The notes below the pieces were generated by a model. It worked only from the letters and a program-made list of their open reading frames with translations, was not told the DNA's origin and made no database searches. Positions 37,136 to 49,116 of a stretch of DNA of 64,000 nt are shown here, piece by piece; positions within the stretch are counted from its first letter, which is position 1, and each line of letters begins with the position of its first letter. This stretch comes from a bacterium. Its GTDB lineage: Bacteria; Zhuqueibacterota; Zhuqueibacteria; Oceanimicrobiales; Oceanimicrobiaceae. The position numbers were made by a program, and so were the translations under genes. The DNA lies in NCBI GenBank assembly GCA_046758765.1, contig JBHIAW010000001.1:13557-77556 (forward strand), written 5' to 3'.

Positions 37136-37690
37136 ATGGCTATTAAAGCCGATAGATGGATAAAGGAGATGGTCTTGGAGTTTGGCATGATTACGCCTTT
37201 TGTAGAGCAGCAAGTGCGGGAAAATGTAATTTCCTATGGTTTATCTTCCTATGGATATGATGTGAGAATTGCTGATGAATTTAAGATTTTTACCAACATA
37301 AATTCTACCATTGTGGATCCGAAAAACTTAGATCCAAAATCTTTAGTTGATTTCAAGGGCGATGTTTGTATCATTCCACCCAATTCATTTGCGCTGAGTA
37401 GGACGGTCGAATATTTCAAAATACCCAGAAAAGTCATGACCATTTGCGTGGGCAAATCTACTTATGCACGATGCGGTATTATAACAAACGTGACCCCTTT
37501 GGAACCAGGCTGGGAAGGACATATTACTCTGGAGGTATCTAATACCACACCCTTGCCAGCGAAAATTTATGCCGGAGAAGGGATTGCTCAAATATTGTTT
37601 TTTGAAAGCGATGAAGAGTGTATGAAATCATACGCGGATAAAAAAGGAAAGTATCAAGGGCAAAAAGGAATAACTTTACCGAAAGTTTAG
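37136..37690 (+). CDS. dcd: dCTP deaminase
   Basis: 184 aa dUTPase-like fold; [11 protein letters not shown]-terminus typical of Dcd. Confidence 0.85.
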   Translation: MAIKADRWIKEMVLEFGMITPFVEQQVRENVISYGLSSYGYDVRIADEFKIFTNINSTIVDPKNLDPKSLVDFKGDVCIIPPNSFALSRTVEYFKIPRKVMTICVGKSTYARCGIITNVTPLEPGWEGHITLEVSNTTPLPAKIYAGEGIAQILFFESDEECMKSYADKKGKYQGQKGITLPKV

Positions 37691-37715
37691 GATTGTCTGA
37701 TAGAAAGATAACAAT

Positions 37716-38549
37716 ATGACGTTGAAAAACGGTTATGCCGATCTCCATCTCCACACAAACAGATCGGATGGTTATTGCTCACCAGAGGAACTAGTAGATA
37801 AAGCTTTGTCTCATGATTTGGTGGCAATTGCTATTGTAGACCATGATGACATTAGTGCTCTGGATGAAGCTATTCCGTATGGCGAAGCTCGTGGTATAGA
37901 AGTTGTTCCAGGCGTTGAGCTTAGTGTTAATTACCGTAATCTTGATTTGCATTTATTGGGTTACTGTTTTGATCATAAGGATGCTGAATTGCTTGACTAT
38001 CTGAATAAGTTTAAAAAGGAACGGCTGAAACGCGCGGAAAAGATAGCTAAGATTTTGACGAAAATGGGAATGCCCATTTCGTTTGAAGCCGTCTTGAACA
38101 AGGCCGGTAAGGGTTCCGTTGGCCGTCCTCATATCGCCGATGTCTTGGTAGAGGAAGGCCATGTCCACTCCTTTCAAGAGGCTTTTGACAAATATATTGG
38201 TAATGGGAAACCGGCTTATGTTGCAAAGTTTAAGATTGATGTTGCCACCGCTATCGGATTGATTCATTCTGCCGGCGGAGTCAGCTCCATTGCACATCCG
38301 GGCTTGGACATGAGTAAAGAAGACTTAGTTATGTTAATGAAATCCGGTATAAACGGTATTGAAGCCATACATCCAAAACACAATGAAGAGCAGACTCATT
38401 ACTTCAGTGACATTGCTAAGAAAAATGGGCTATTGATCACCGGGGGCTCCGATTACCACGGTGGTAAAAAAGGAAACGAGGTGTTGGGGCACTATAAAGT
38501 ATCTTATGAGGTCGTTAATCAATTGAAGGAGTTTTCTTCTGTGTTCTAA
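37716..38549 (+). CDS. PHP-domain metal-dependent phosphoesterase (TrpH/YciV-like)
   Basis: DLHLHTNRSDG N-terminal motif and histidine clusters. Confidence 0.75.
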   Translation: MTLKNGYADLHLHTNRSDGYCSPEELVDKALSHDLVAIAIVDHDDISALDEAIPYGEARGIEVVPGVELSVNYRNLDLHLLGYCFDHKDAELLDYLNKFKKERLKRAEKIAKILTKMGMPISFEAVLNKAGKGSVGRPHIADVLVEEGHVHSFQEAFDKYIGNGKPAYVAKFKIDVATAIGLIHSAGGVSSIAHPGLDMSKEDLVMLMKSGINGIEAIHPKHNEEQTHYFSDIAKKNGLLITGGSDYHGGKKGNEVLGHYKVSYEVVNQLKEFSSVF

Positions 38550-38584
38550 TATGCAGCAAGATTGATCTAATACCCGTCGTAATT

Positions 38585-39208
38585 ATGATAATAGAAAAAC
38601 TAGAAGTAGGTGTATTTGCTGAAAATTGTTATTTAGTGGGCTGTGAAAAAACTCACCAAGGGGTTGTCATTGATCCCGGTGATGAAATTCCTAGAATACT
38701 TAGCAAGATTAATGATATGAAACTTGATATTACCAGCATTTTGCTGACTCATGCTCATTTAGATCATGTGAAGGAGTTAAATGTATTAAGAGAGCAGATT
38801 ACCGTCCCGGTTTTGATGCATTCTGCTGATGAATTCCTACTTGAGAATCTGCAGGCGCAAGCCGCGGCATTTGGGTTAGCCATTTCTGGAATACCTAAGG
38901 TGGACAGATATGTTGTAGAAGGCGATTCGATTGAAATTGGTCACTTAAGTTTTGAGGTATTGCATACACCCGGTCATTCCCCGGGTAGTGTTTCCTATGT
39001 TGCGACCGGGGTGGCATTTGTAGGCGATATACTTTTTGCCGGCTCTATCGGTCGAACGGACTTGCCGGGCGGTGATTATGCTACCTTGATCGATTCTATC
39101 AAAACTAAACTGTACCCATTAGGTGATGATACTATGATTTACCCAGGCCACGGACCGCACACAACCTTAGGTCAAGAAAAACAATCAAACCCGTTTCTCG
39201 TGGCCTGA
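38585..39208 (+). CDS. MBL-fold metallo-hydrolase (glyoxalase II-like)
   Basis: THAHLDH motif; 207 aa. Confidence 0.75.
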   Translation: MIIEKLEVGVFAENCYLVGCEKTHQGVVIDPGDEIPRILSKINDMKLDITSILLTHAHLDHVKELNVLREQITVPVLMHSADEFLLENLQAQAAAFGLAISGIPKVDRYVVEGDSIEIGHLSFEVLHTPGHSPGSVSYVATGVAFVGDILFAGSIGRTDLPGGDYATLIDSIKTKLYPLGDDTMIYPGHGPHTTLGQEKQSNPFLVA

Positions 39209-39358
39209 ATTTGTTAATTACCAATCTTCTGTAGCCGCTGACCTTTTTCCAAAAGGTTAATGTCTTTTTATACGGAACAACCGCTATCCCAGAATGTTTT
39301 CGGGGTTAGCGTTTCATGGAAGGGTCAATTAGATGCTATTGAAACAAAGGAGTGGCAA

Positions 39359-40027
39359 ATGTCGAACATAGTAACCTTAGACGATGTTAAGAATGATCCG
39401 CAAATAGAATCATATATTGAACGCGCTGATGAGTACTTGGCCGTAATTGGATACACGGAACATGGTAAGCGACACTGTAGTCTGGTGGCAAAAAGAGCGT
39501 ATGAAATCCTAAGACAATTGAATGTTCCAGAACGTGAAGCAGAACTTTCAGCCATCGCAGGCTTTCTACACGATGTTGGCAATGTGTTTAATCGCGTTAA
39601 CCATTCGTACACGGGTGCGGTGTTAGCGCACACGCTTCTTAAAGATTTAGGAATGGAAACCAGAGAAATTACCGCCATAGTTGCTGCTATCGGCAGTCAT
39701 GACGAAAATGGCTTTGAACCGGTTAGTAAGATTGGTGCAGGACTGATTTTGGCTGATAAATCCGATGTCTATAGATCACGAGTGAGGAATCCAGATATGA
39801 TCAAATTTGATATTCATGACCGCGTCAATTACGCAGTCAATAAATCTGTTCTCATAGTGGATAGCGAAAAAAAGATTATAACACTTGAACTTACCATCGA
39901 TTTGAAAATTTCTTCTGTAATGGAATATTTTGAAATCTTTCTAAACAGAATGCTATTTTGCAAGCGAGCAGCAAATTTTTTAGGCTGTAAATTTAGTTTG
40001 GTAGTAAATGAGAACAGTTTACTTTAG
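39359..40027 (+). CDS. HD-domain phosphohydrolase (ATG at 39359 with AAGGAG RBS; track ORF from 39260)
   Basis: H...HD...D pattern (HGKRHC..., FLHDVGN, GSHDENG). Confidence 0.7.
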   Translation: MSNIVTLDDVKNDPQIESYIERADEYLAVIGYTEHGKRHCSLVAKRAYEILRQLNVPEREAELSAIAGFLHDVGNVFNRVNHSYTGAVLAHTLLKDLGMETREITAIVAAIGSHDENGFEPVSKIGAGLILADKSDVYRSRVRNPDMIKFDIHDRVNYAVNKSVLIVDSEKKIITLELTIDLKISSVMEYFEIFLNRMLFCKRAANFLGCKFSLVVNENSLL

Positions 40028-40059
40028 TTTTTGCCGTTATTATGAAAGAGTTTTCTGTA

Positions 40060-40407
40060 GTAAAACCTCAGTTACGGTGGGGCCAGGAGACGTCCCTCTG
40101 AGGTCTACATGCCACTGTTTACGGCATTCTCTTAGCAACGACAGTCTACGAGGTTTACTGTCATTCCGTTAGGAATCTTCCCGCGCTGATGCACTAAACT
40201 GGGAAGATGCCTCCGGCATGACGGTTTAGAGGCAGAGTCTTTGCTCGTCATTCCACAAGGATTCTTAGAGAAGGACATCTCGCTGTCCTTAACCGTGGAG
40301 CGCTAGCGGAGTCGAAGAATTTGGTTCGTGCCAGAATCAGATTTCTCGACTCCACTTCGTTCCGCTCGACATGGCAACCACAGAACCCACCATAACTGAG
40401 GTTTTAC
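40060..40407 (+). mobile_element. 348-bp non-autonomous TIR element (family C) with perfect 9-bp TSD ttttctgta
   Basis: 21-bp TIRs gtaaaacctcagttacggtgg / ccaccataactgaggttttac (one mismatch). Direct repeats ttttctgta at 40051-40059 and 40408-40416. Internal gtcattccgttaggaatctt motif is related to the family A core. No ORF. Confidence 0.75.
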
Positions 40408-40426
40408 TTTTCTGTATAAAAAATCC

Positions 40427-40455
40427 TTGCAAATTATTGTAAAATTTAGTATACT
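40427..40455 (+). promoter_or_regulatory. Putative sigma-70 promoter for rng (TTGCAA-17-TATACT), giving a ~270-nt 5' leader
   Basis: -35 at 40427-40432, -10 at 40450-40455; begins 20 nt after the family C element right TIR. Confidence 0.5.
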
Positions 40456-40726
40456 ATCATAGCGTTATCAATCGAATCTTTGATTTTTGGGCAAAAGAAT
40501 TAGTTGAAATTTGTTACTTTTGTTTTGATTTTAATGGCGGCTTGGCCGCGTTGGGTTATTAAGTCAAATTTGAATGCTTCGAAGGGATAGAGATATCCCT
40601 TTTTGTTTGTCAACTTGTTCTTTGACATTTTCGTCGCAGGTTTACCCTCTTATCCTTGGCAAATTTTGATTTTTGGCGAACTAACTTATAGTGAAGTTTG
40701 CAGATAGGAGTGTGATAAATAGCATA

Positions 40727-42247
40727 ATGAAAAAAGAAATTATTATTAATTCATCCGTAGGAGAGACAAGAATTGCTATACTTGAAAATGGTAGGCTGGC
40801 AGAGCTTTTTGTAGAGCAACCCGAGAATGAAAGGATGGTGGGAGATATTTATTTGGGCAAAGTGGTCAATGTAGTACAAGGGATGCATGCTGCTTTTATA
40901 GACATAGGTCAATCTCAAGATGCCTTTCTACATTTTTCAGACATCGGCGATATATTAGCAGATTATAAGGACTTCGTGGATTTAGAAAATTCACGAAATG
41001 GTACGAAAAGTAAAGCCCAAAGACCGATCCCGAAAGAGGGACAAGAACTGTTGGTTCAAATCATTAAAGAGCCAATTAGTAATAAAGGAGCAAGAATTTC
41101 CACAGAATTGTCTATTCCGGGGCGGTTCTTAGTCCTCGTACCGAACTCAGATGTGGTCGGGGTTTCAAAAAAGATTTATAGTATCAGAGAGAAAAGAAGA
41201 CTTAAAAAAATTGCTCGAGAAATTAAGCATGAAGGATTTGGGGTAATAGTTAGAACTGTGGCGGAAGGCAAAGATAAGAGCACTTTAAAAGCTGATTTAG
41301 AGGCTCTTCACAAGCAGTGGAATAAATTAGAGCGAAAACTCAAAAGAGCCTCTCCTCCGACCCTAATTTACAAAGATGTGGCCATGGCATCCAGCGTAAT
41401 CCGAGATTTATTCACCAGTGATGTAAATAGGGTATTAATTGATTCTAAAAAGCTTTATAAAGAAATTTCAGCCTATCTTAGCGATGTAGCCCCATCACTT
41501 TCAACCCGAGTGGAATACTATGGCGCTAAGAGACCTATTTTTGATACCTACGGGATTGAAAGTGAGATAGAGAAATGTCTCTCCCGAAAAGTCTGGACGC
41601 CCAGTGGGGGTTACATAATATTCGACCATACAGAAGCACTCGTCGCGATTGATGTGAATAGCGGCAAGTTCCTTGGACGAAAGGCACCCGAGGAAAACAC
41701 GTTAAGAATTAACCTTGAAGCAGCACGGGAAATAGCACGGCAACTTCGATTGCGTGATCTCGGTGGAATTATCGTCATAGATTTTATTGATATGTTGGAA
41801 CCCGATAATAAGAAGAGACTTTTTGATGAATTTCGCCGGGAATTACGCAAGGATCGTGCCCAATCCAATATTTCTGCTATCAGCGAATTTGGCTTAATTG
41901 AAATGACCCGGGAGCGTGTTCGCCCAAGTTTGCTATTTTCGTTTAGTGAGCCATGCCCAGTGTGTGATGGATCCGGCAGAGTTCCTTCAAAAAGTTCGGT
42001 TCTAACAAAGATTGAGAGATGGCTAAGACGGTTTAAGGCACAACGAAAAGAATGGTCTCTGAAGCTTGTGGTACATTCTTCAATTGCCGATTATTTAACT
42101 TCAGGGTTGATTAGCAGATGTAGAAGACTTATGTGGAAATATCGTCTCAGAATTGATGTTACTAAAGATGACTCTCTAAGGACAGACCAATTCAAAGTAA
42201 TTACGAAAAAAACCCAAATGGATGTCACAGAGCAATTTCTAACTTGA
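40727..42247 (+). CDS. rng: Ribonuclease G / RNase E-family endoribonuclease catalytic domain
   Basis: S1-domain N-terminus (ETRIAILENGRLAELFVE), DNase I-like and Zn-link CPVCDGSGR regions; ~505 aa is RNase G-sized. Confidence 0.85.
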   Translation: MKKEIIINSSVGETRIAILENGRLAELFVEQPENERMVGDIYLGKVVNVVQGMHAAFIDIGQSQDAFLHFSDIGDILADYKDFVDLENSRNGTKSKAQRPIPKEGQELLVQIIKEPISNKGARISTELSIPGRFLVLVPNSDVVGVSKKIYSIREKRRLKKIAREIKHEGFGVIVRTVAEGKDKSTLKADLEALHKQWNKLERKLKRASPPTLIYKDVAMASSVIRDLFTSDVNRVLIDSKKLYKEISAYLSDVAPSLSTRVEYYGAKRPIFDTYGIESEIEKCLSRKVWTPSGGYIIFDHTEALVAIDVNSGKFLGRKAPEENTLRINLEAAREIARQLRLRDLGGIIVIDFIDMLEPDNKKRLFDEFRRELRKDRAQSNISAISEFGLIEMTRERVRPSLLFSFSEPCPVCDGSGRVPSKSSVLTKIERWLRRFKAQRKEWSLKLVVHSSIADYLTSGLISRCRRLMWKYRLRIDVTKDDSLRTDQFKVITKKTQMDVTEQFLT

Positions 42248-42315
42248 TTTTATTTATGAATATCTTTACATTTAAACACTAACGAACAAGCGGATTTTTT
42301 TGGGAGGATTCATTA

Positions 42316-42651
42316 ATGTATGCCATAGTTGATATTGCTGGCAAGCAGTTTAAGGTTAGTAAGAACGATAAGATTCTTGTCCCTAAGCTCGAAGGCAAGG
42401 TAGGTAAGAATGTTGAATTTGATAAGGTACTGCTGCTCTCCGATAAGGGCAAAATTACAGTCGGACAACCGGTCATAAAAGGCGCATCGGTGAAAGCAAA
42501 AATATTAGGGTTTGAACGAGGCAAGAAGGTGACCGTGTTCAAAAAGAAAAGGCGTAAAGGATATAAAGTCAAATCAGGGCATCGTCAGGACTATACAGAA
42601 TTGATGATTAAAGGTATCAGCTCCGATAAGAAAACAAAGGAGGAGAAGTAA
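42316..42651 (+). CDS. rplU: 50S ribosomal protein L21
   Basis: MYAIVDIAGKQFKV. Confidence 0.93.
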   Translation: MYAIVDIAGKQFKVSKNDKILVPKLEGKVGKNVEFDKVLLLSDKGKITVGQPVIKGASVKAKILGFERGKKVTVFKKKRRKGYKVKSGHRQDYTELMIKGISSDKKTKEEK

Positions 42652-42654
42652 AAT

Positions 42655-42912
42655 ATGGCACATAAAAAAGGCGTCGGCAGCTCCAAGAATGGTCGGGACA
42701 GTAATCCTCAATTTCTTGGTGTAAAAAGATTTGATGGACAGTTAGTTTCAGCGGGAAGCATTTTAGTCCGTCAAAGAGGTACCCGAATCCATCCCGGAGC
42801 TAACGTAGGTCTCGGAAGAGACGATACTTTGTTTGCAAGGATTGACGGTATTGTAAAGTTTGAGCGCCGAGGACGATTCAAGAAAGTCGTCAATGTTTTT
42901 GCAAAAGGATAA
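42655..42912 (+). CDS. rpmA: 50S ribosomal protein L27
   Basis: [19 protein letters not shown]. Confidence 0.95.
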   Translation: MAHKKGVGSSKNGRDSNPQFLGVKRFDGQLVSAGSILVRQRGTRIHPGANVGLGRDDTLFARIDGIVKFERRGRFKKVVNVFAKG

Positions 42913-42919
42913 GACTTGC

Positions 42920-42960
42920 AAGGCCAAGAGAATTTTTCTCTTGGCCTTTCTTATTGTTTT
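42920..42960 (+). terminator. Rho-independent terminator after rpmA
   Basis: aaggccaagagaa ttt ttctcttggcctt then tcttattgttttt. Confidence 0.75.
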
Positions 42961-42981
42961 TGAAAATTACTAACCTTATTG

Positions 42982-43105
42982 GTGACTATTCAGGCTGCTC
43001 TGTCATTCCGTAGGAATCTTTGCAATTTTTAGCACTAAGTAAACAAGGTCCGTTCGGACGTTGATTCAAAAAAGATTCTTTCAGAATGACAGCCTGAATA
43101 GTTAC
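42982..43105 (+). repeat. MITE-like repeat family A, copy A2
   Basis: Near-identical to A4/A5 over ~120 bp; immediately after the rpmA terminator. Confidence 0.85.
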
Positions 43106-43136
43106 CCGTATTCTAAAAAGGGTACTTTAAATTTAA

Positions 43137-44072
<936 letters not shown>

Positions 44073-44080
44073 ACTAATTC

Positions 44081-44160
44081 GTAACTATTCAGGCTGCCCT
44101 GTCATTCGGTAGGAATCTTTGTAAATTTTAGCACTAAGTAAACACAGCCTGAATAGTTAC
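44081..44160 (+). repeat. MITE-like repeat family A, copy A3 (internally deleted, 80 bp) with perfect 8-bp TSD actaattc
   Basis: TIRs gtaactattcagg...cctgaatagttac flanked by direct repeats actaattc at 44073-44080 and 44161-44168. Confidence 0.85.
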
Positions 44161-44194
44161 ACTAATTCTTAGAAATGTCTATTTGAAATGTAAG

Positions 44195-44218
44195 AAGCGG
44201 CATCTGCCGCTTTTTTTA
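44195..44218 (+). terminator. Rho-independent terminator between repeat copies A3 and A4 (after mdh)
   Basis: aagcggc atct gccgctt followed by ttttttt. Confidence 0.75.
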
Positions 44219-44227
44219 TGTTAGAAG

Positions 44228-44349
44228 GTAACTATTCAGGCTGCCCTGTCATTCGGTAGGAATCTTTGTCAATCTTAGCACTAAGTAAACCAGGTTCGTT
44301 CGGACGTTGATTCAAAAAAGATTTTTGCAGAATGATAGCCTGAATACGT
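44228..44349 (+). repeat. MITE-like repeat family A, copy A4
   Basis: Same family; lies between the mdh terminator and the gatC promoter. Confidence 0.85.
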
Positions 44350-44418
44350 TCAAAGAATGGAGTTATATTCAATAGACAAGTTGGCTTACAAAAATTATGC
44401 CACTCATTTAAATTAGTC

Positions 44419-44447
44419 TTGACAATCAATACGAATTGTTTTATATT
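44419..44447 (+). promoter_or_regulatory. Putative sigma-70 promoter for gatC-pyrG (TTGACA-17-TATATT)
   Basis: Perfect -35 at 44419-44424, 17-nt spacer, -10 at 44442-44447; ~47 nt upstream of gatC. Confidence 0.6.
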
Positions 44448-44493
44448 AGGCATGTTCTCAAGTTGTCAAATATGACCAATCCTTTGGAGTCCT

Positions 44494-44781
44494 ATGCCAA
44501 TAACAATACAAGATGTTGATAAGATTGCAGCGTTAGCAAAATTAGAGTTCTCATCCGCAGAAAAACAAAAACTAGCGAAGGAGCTCGATCAAATTGTCGC
44601 TTATGTTGAGAAACTCAATGAGTTAAATACAGAATCTGTGCCGCCAACTTCTCATGTCGTAGATTTAAAAAATGTTCTTAGAGAAGATAAAGTGGAAGAG
44701 TGGCTGACACAAGAAGAGGCCCTTCGAAATGCTCCTGCGAAAAAGCATGGATTTTTCAGTGTACCAAAAGTGATTGGTTAA
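44494..44781 (+). CDS. gatC: Asp/Glu-tRNA amidotransferase subunit C
   Basis: 95 aa; ITIQDVDKIAALAKLEFS typical GatC. Confidence 0.85.
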   Translation: MPITIQDVDKIAALAKLEFSSAEKQKLAKELDQIVAYVEKLNELNTESVPPTSHVVDLKNVLREDKVEEWLTQEEALRNAPAKKHGFFSVPKVIG

Positions 44782-46449
<1,668 letters not shown>

Positions 46450-46480
46450 TAAATTAACAGAAGTTGTCGATATAAGAGTC

Positions 46481-47071
46481 ATGTGGGCTTCAATAATTAA
46501 AGTTTGGATTTTATTCTGCTTCATGCTGATCGCCTGTCAGTCCCAGAATGATGTTACATCAAATTCAGCGGATTTGTCTGCATTGCCAGACCAGGAAGGG
46601 TGGCAATCGACCTTAACATCCACCAGTAAGGGTATTGTTACAGCGATTATCAAATATGAACACATGGCAAAATACTCGAAGAAGAGATTGGTAAAGTTTG
46701 ATCAAGGGGTAGAAATCGACCTCTTCGATACCAATGGTTTGCACACTTCAAAGGTCTATGCTGAAAAAGCCGTGTTGTACGAGAACAGCAAAAGACTTGA
46801 ATTAAGTGGAGATGTAGTTTTCTTAGCTGACAGCGGATTAACTTTGCGCACCGGAAAGCTTCGTTGGGAGGAAACTACCGGCAAAATTTTTTCAGAGGAG
46901 TTTGTTACAGTCATAACGGCAGAAAACGATACCATCTATGGTACAGGCTTTAAGTCAGAACAGGCTTTAAAGAATTGGATTGTTAAGAAACCATGGGGCG
47001 TGACCCAAAAGAAATTGAATCTTCCGGTTCTTGATGAATCTGCAAAAGGTAAATCCAATGCAGAAAATTAA
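46481..47071 (+). CDS. lptC: LptC-like lipoprotein
   Basis: Lipobox LIAC; small periplasmic protein immediately upstream of lptA-like and lptB. Confidence 0.5.
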   Translation: MWASIIKVWILFCFMLIACQSQNDVTSNSADLSALPDQEGWQSTLTSTSKGIVTAIIKYEHMAKYSKKRLVKFDQGVEIDLFDTNGLHTSKVYAEKAVLYENSKRLELSGDVVFLADSGLTLRTGKLRWEETTGKIFSEEFVTVITAENDTIYGTGFKSEQALKNWIVKKPWGVTQKKLNLPVLDESAKGKSNAEN

Positions 47072-48146
47072 GAGGATACTCTTCATTTTTGTCCTGATGG
47101 CAGGAATCTCTGCACTATTCGGCCGTGAAGAATCGGAACGTCTGCGCTTAATTCATGCGGATATCTTAAAGCGAGAAAATATTGGACAGCAGATGGTACA
47201 AAAGCTCGAAGGAAATGTAAAGTTTCAGCAGGGTAAAACTACAATACAGTGTGATATGGCCATCCAAGTCTTAGGTAGTGACGAGGCAGCCCTGATTGGA
47301 CATGTGCAAATTTTCGATGAGAATAAATCCCTTTTTGCGGATACGGTGTATTTCTATCAGAAAGAACGAAAACAAATTGCACGCGGAAATGTTAGAAGTA
47401 TCACTGAGTTAGATACGACCACCGCGGATCGTATGACCTATTATGAAGTAGAAGAGAAAATGGTTTCAGAAGGTCGCGTTCGAATAATAAATCCAAAAGA
47501 GAGAAAAATTCTCACCAGTGGTTATGCGGAATATTATAGGACGGAAGAGTATGGGAAAATTTTTGAGCAGCCAATTTTGATTCAGTACGATAGCGTGGGC
47601 ACCGAAATCATGAGAATTGTGGGCGATACCATGGAGACTTACAATGGAGGTGAACGTACGATTGTTACCGGAGATGTAGAAATCACCAAACCGGGAATTA
47701 TGGCTCGATGCGGTCAGGCGGAATATATTAAAGCTGATGAAAAAATGATCTTGAACGACAAGCCGGAAGTAAGTCAAAGAAATCAGCAAATATCTGGCGA
47801 TACGTTGTTCTTGTATCTAGAAGAGTCTCAATTGATACGCGCGGAGGTCGTTGGCCAGGCTTTAGCAGTCTCCGATGCTGATACCCTGAATAAAGGACGC
47901 TGGGTAAATAAACTAACAGGTCACAAAATGGATTTTTACTTTAATAATCAAGAAGCCGAAAAAGTGCTTGTTGAAAAGCAGGCTACCAGCATATATCATG
48001 TTATTGAAGATAACGAGTATAAGGGCTCTAACGAAGTCTCAGGAGACAAAATTGCGTTATTCTTATCTGACGGTGAGGTAGTTCGAGTCCTTGTGGATAG
48101 CGCGCCAGATGTTTCCATGGGTAAATATTTACCACCAAAACTTTAG
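47058..48146 (+). CDS. lptA: LptA/OstA-family periplasmic protein (ATG 47058)
   Basis: Signal peptide, OstA-like repeats, position between lptC-like and lptB. Confidence 0.6.
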   Translation: MQKIKRILFIFVLMAGISALFGREESERLRLIHADILKRENIGQQMVQKLEGNVKFQQGKTTIQCDMAIQVLGSDEAALIGHVQIFDENKSLFADTVYFYQKERKQIARGNVRSITELDTTTADRMTYYEVEEKMVSEGRVRIINPKERKILTSGYAEYYRTEEYGKIFEQPILIQYDSVGTEIMRIVGDTMETYNGGERTIVTGDVEITKPGIMARCGQAEYIKADEKMILNDKPEVSQRNQQISGDTLFLYLEESQLIRAEVVGQALAVSDADTLNKGRWVNKLTGHKMDFYFNNQEAEKVLVEKQATSIYHVIEDNEYKGSNEVSGDKIALFLSDGEVVRVLVDSAPDVSMGKYLPPKL

Positions 48147-48183
48147 CTTAATATGCATGGAAGTATCTATTTTATCAAAATTG

Positions 48184-48302
48184 GCAACTATTCAGGCTGC
48201 CCTGTCATTCCGTAGGAATTCTTGCAAATTTTAGCACTAAGTAGACAAGGTTCGTTCGGAGGTTGATTCAAAAAAGATTCTTTCAGAATGACAGCCTGAA
48301 TA
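48184..48302 (+). repeat. MITE-like repeat family A, copy A5 (inside the lptA-lptB spacer)
   Basis: Same family; degenerate outer TIR. Confidence 0.8.
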
Positions 48303-48347
48303 AGCGATTGGCGAGAGTTTGGCTTTTCACATTCAGATTAGGACTTA

Positions 48348-49070
48348 ATGCTAAGAGCAGAAGAGCTTGTCAAAATTTACCGAAAACGCAAAGTAGTTAA
48401 TAGAGTTAGCATAAATGTTAGACAAGGGGAAATTGTTGGTCTTCTTGGTCCAAATGGCGCAGGTAAAACAACTACGTTCTACATGATAACGGGCTTGGTT
48501 AAACCTAATCATGGTAGAATTTTTCTAAATGACGAAGATATTACTAAATTGCCCATGTACAAAAGAGCCAGGATGGGGATTGGCTATCTGTCTCAAGAAC
48601 CATCAATTTTTCGCAAATTAACGGTTGAACAAAATATCATGGCTATTCTTGAAACTCTACCTATTTCAAAGCAGGAGAGAAATAAACGCTTGGCATTTCA
48701 TTTAGCAGAATTAGGAGTATCCCATTTGGCAAAAAATAAGGCGCATACTCTTTCTGGCGGCGAGCGTCGTCGGGTTGAAATAACTCGTGCCTTAGTCACC
48801 AGTCCGAAATATATGTTGCTCGACGAGCCGTTTTCAGGCATAGACCCTATTGCGGTGGAAGAAATTCAAAAAATCGTTCAAGACCTAAAAAATAAAGGTA
48901 TTGGCGTATTAATTACAGACCATAATGTTCACGAAACGCTATCCATAACAGACCGGGCTTATCTTTTGTATGATGGCGTTGTTTTGAAGTCTGGTACGGC
49001 ACAATATTTAGCTAATGATCCTGCTGCCATCAAGCTATATTTAGGTGAAAAGTTTAAATTAGAGCGTTGA
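48348..49070 (+). CDS. lptB: LPS export ABC transporter ATPase
   Basis: [16 protein letters not shown] Walker A; [10 protein letters not shown] signature; directly upstream of rpoN. Confidence 0.9.
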   Translation: MLRAEELVKIYRKRKVVNRVSINVRQGEIVGLLGPNGAGKTTTFYMITGLVKPNHGRIFLNDEDITKLPMYKRARMGIGYLSQEPSIFRKLTVEQNIMAILETLPISKQERNKRLAFHLAELGVSHLAKNKAHTLSGGERRRVEITRALVTSPKYMLLDEPFSGIDPIAVEEIQKIVQDLKNKGIGVLITDHNVHETLSITDRAYLLYDGVVLKSGTAQYLANDPAAIKLYLGEKFKLER

Positions 49071-49116
49071 ATATTTCATACATAGGCATCTAACTCCATT
49101 TGGAAGAGGGCAGAAT

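Noticed and set aside
40060-40407. Possibility that the 348-bp structured element upstream of rng is RNase P RNA, tmRNA, SRP RNA or another housekeeping ncRNA
   Set aside because: It lacks the hallmark motifs (GGAAAGUCCGGGCUCC / ACAGAACCCGGCUUA P4 strands, GNRA-capped P12, tmRNA tRNA-like T-arm GGUUCGAAUCC and ...CCACCA end). Its 21-bp perfect terminal helix plus 9-bp flanking direct repeat is an insertion footprint, and the internal motif is shared with the family A repeats.
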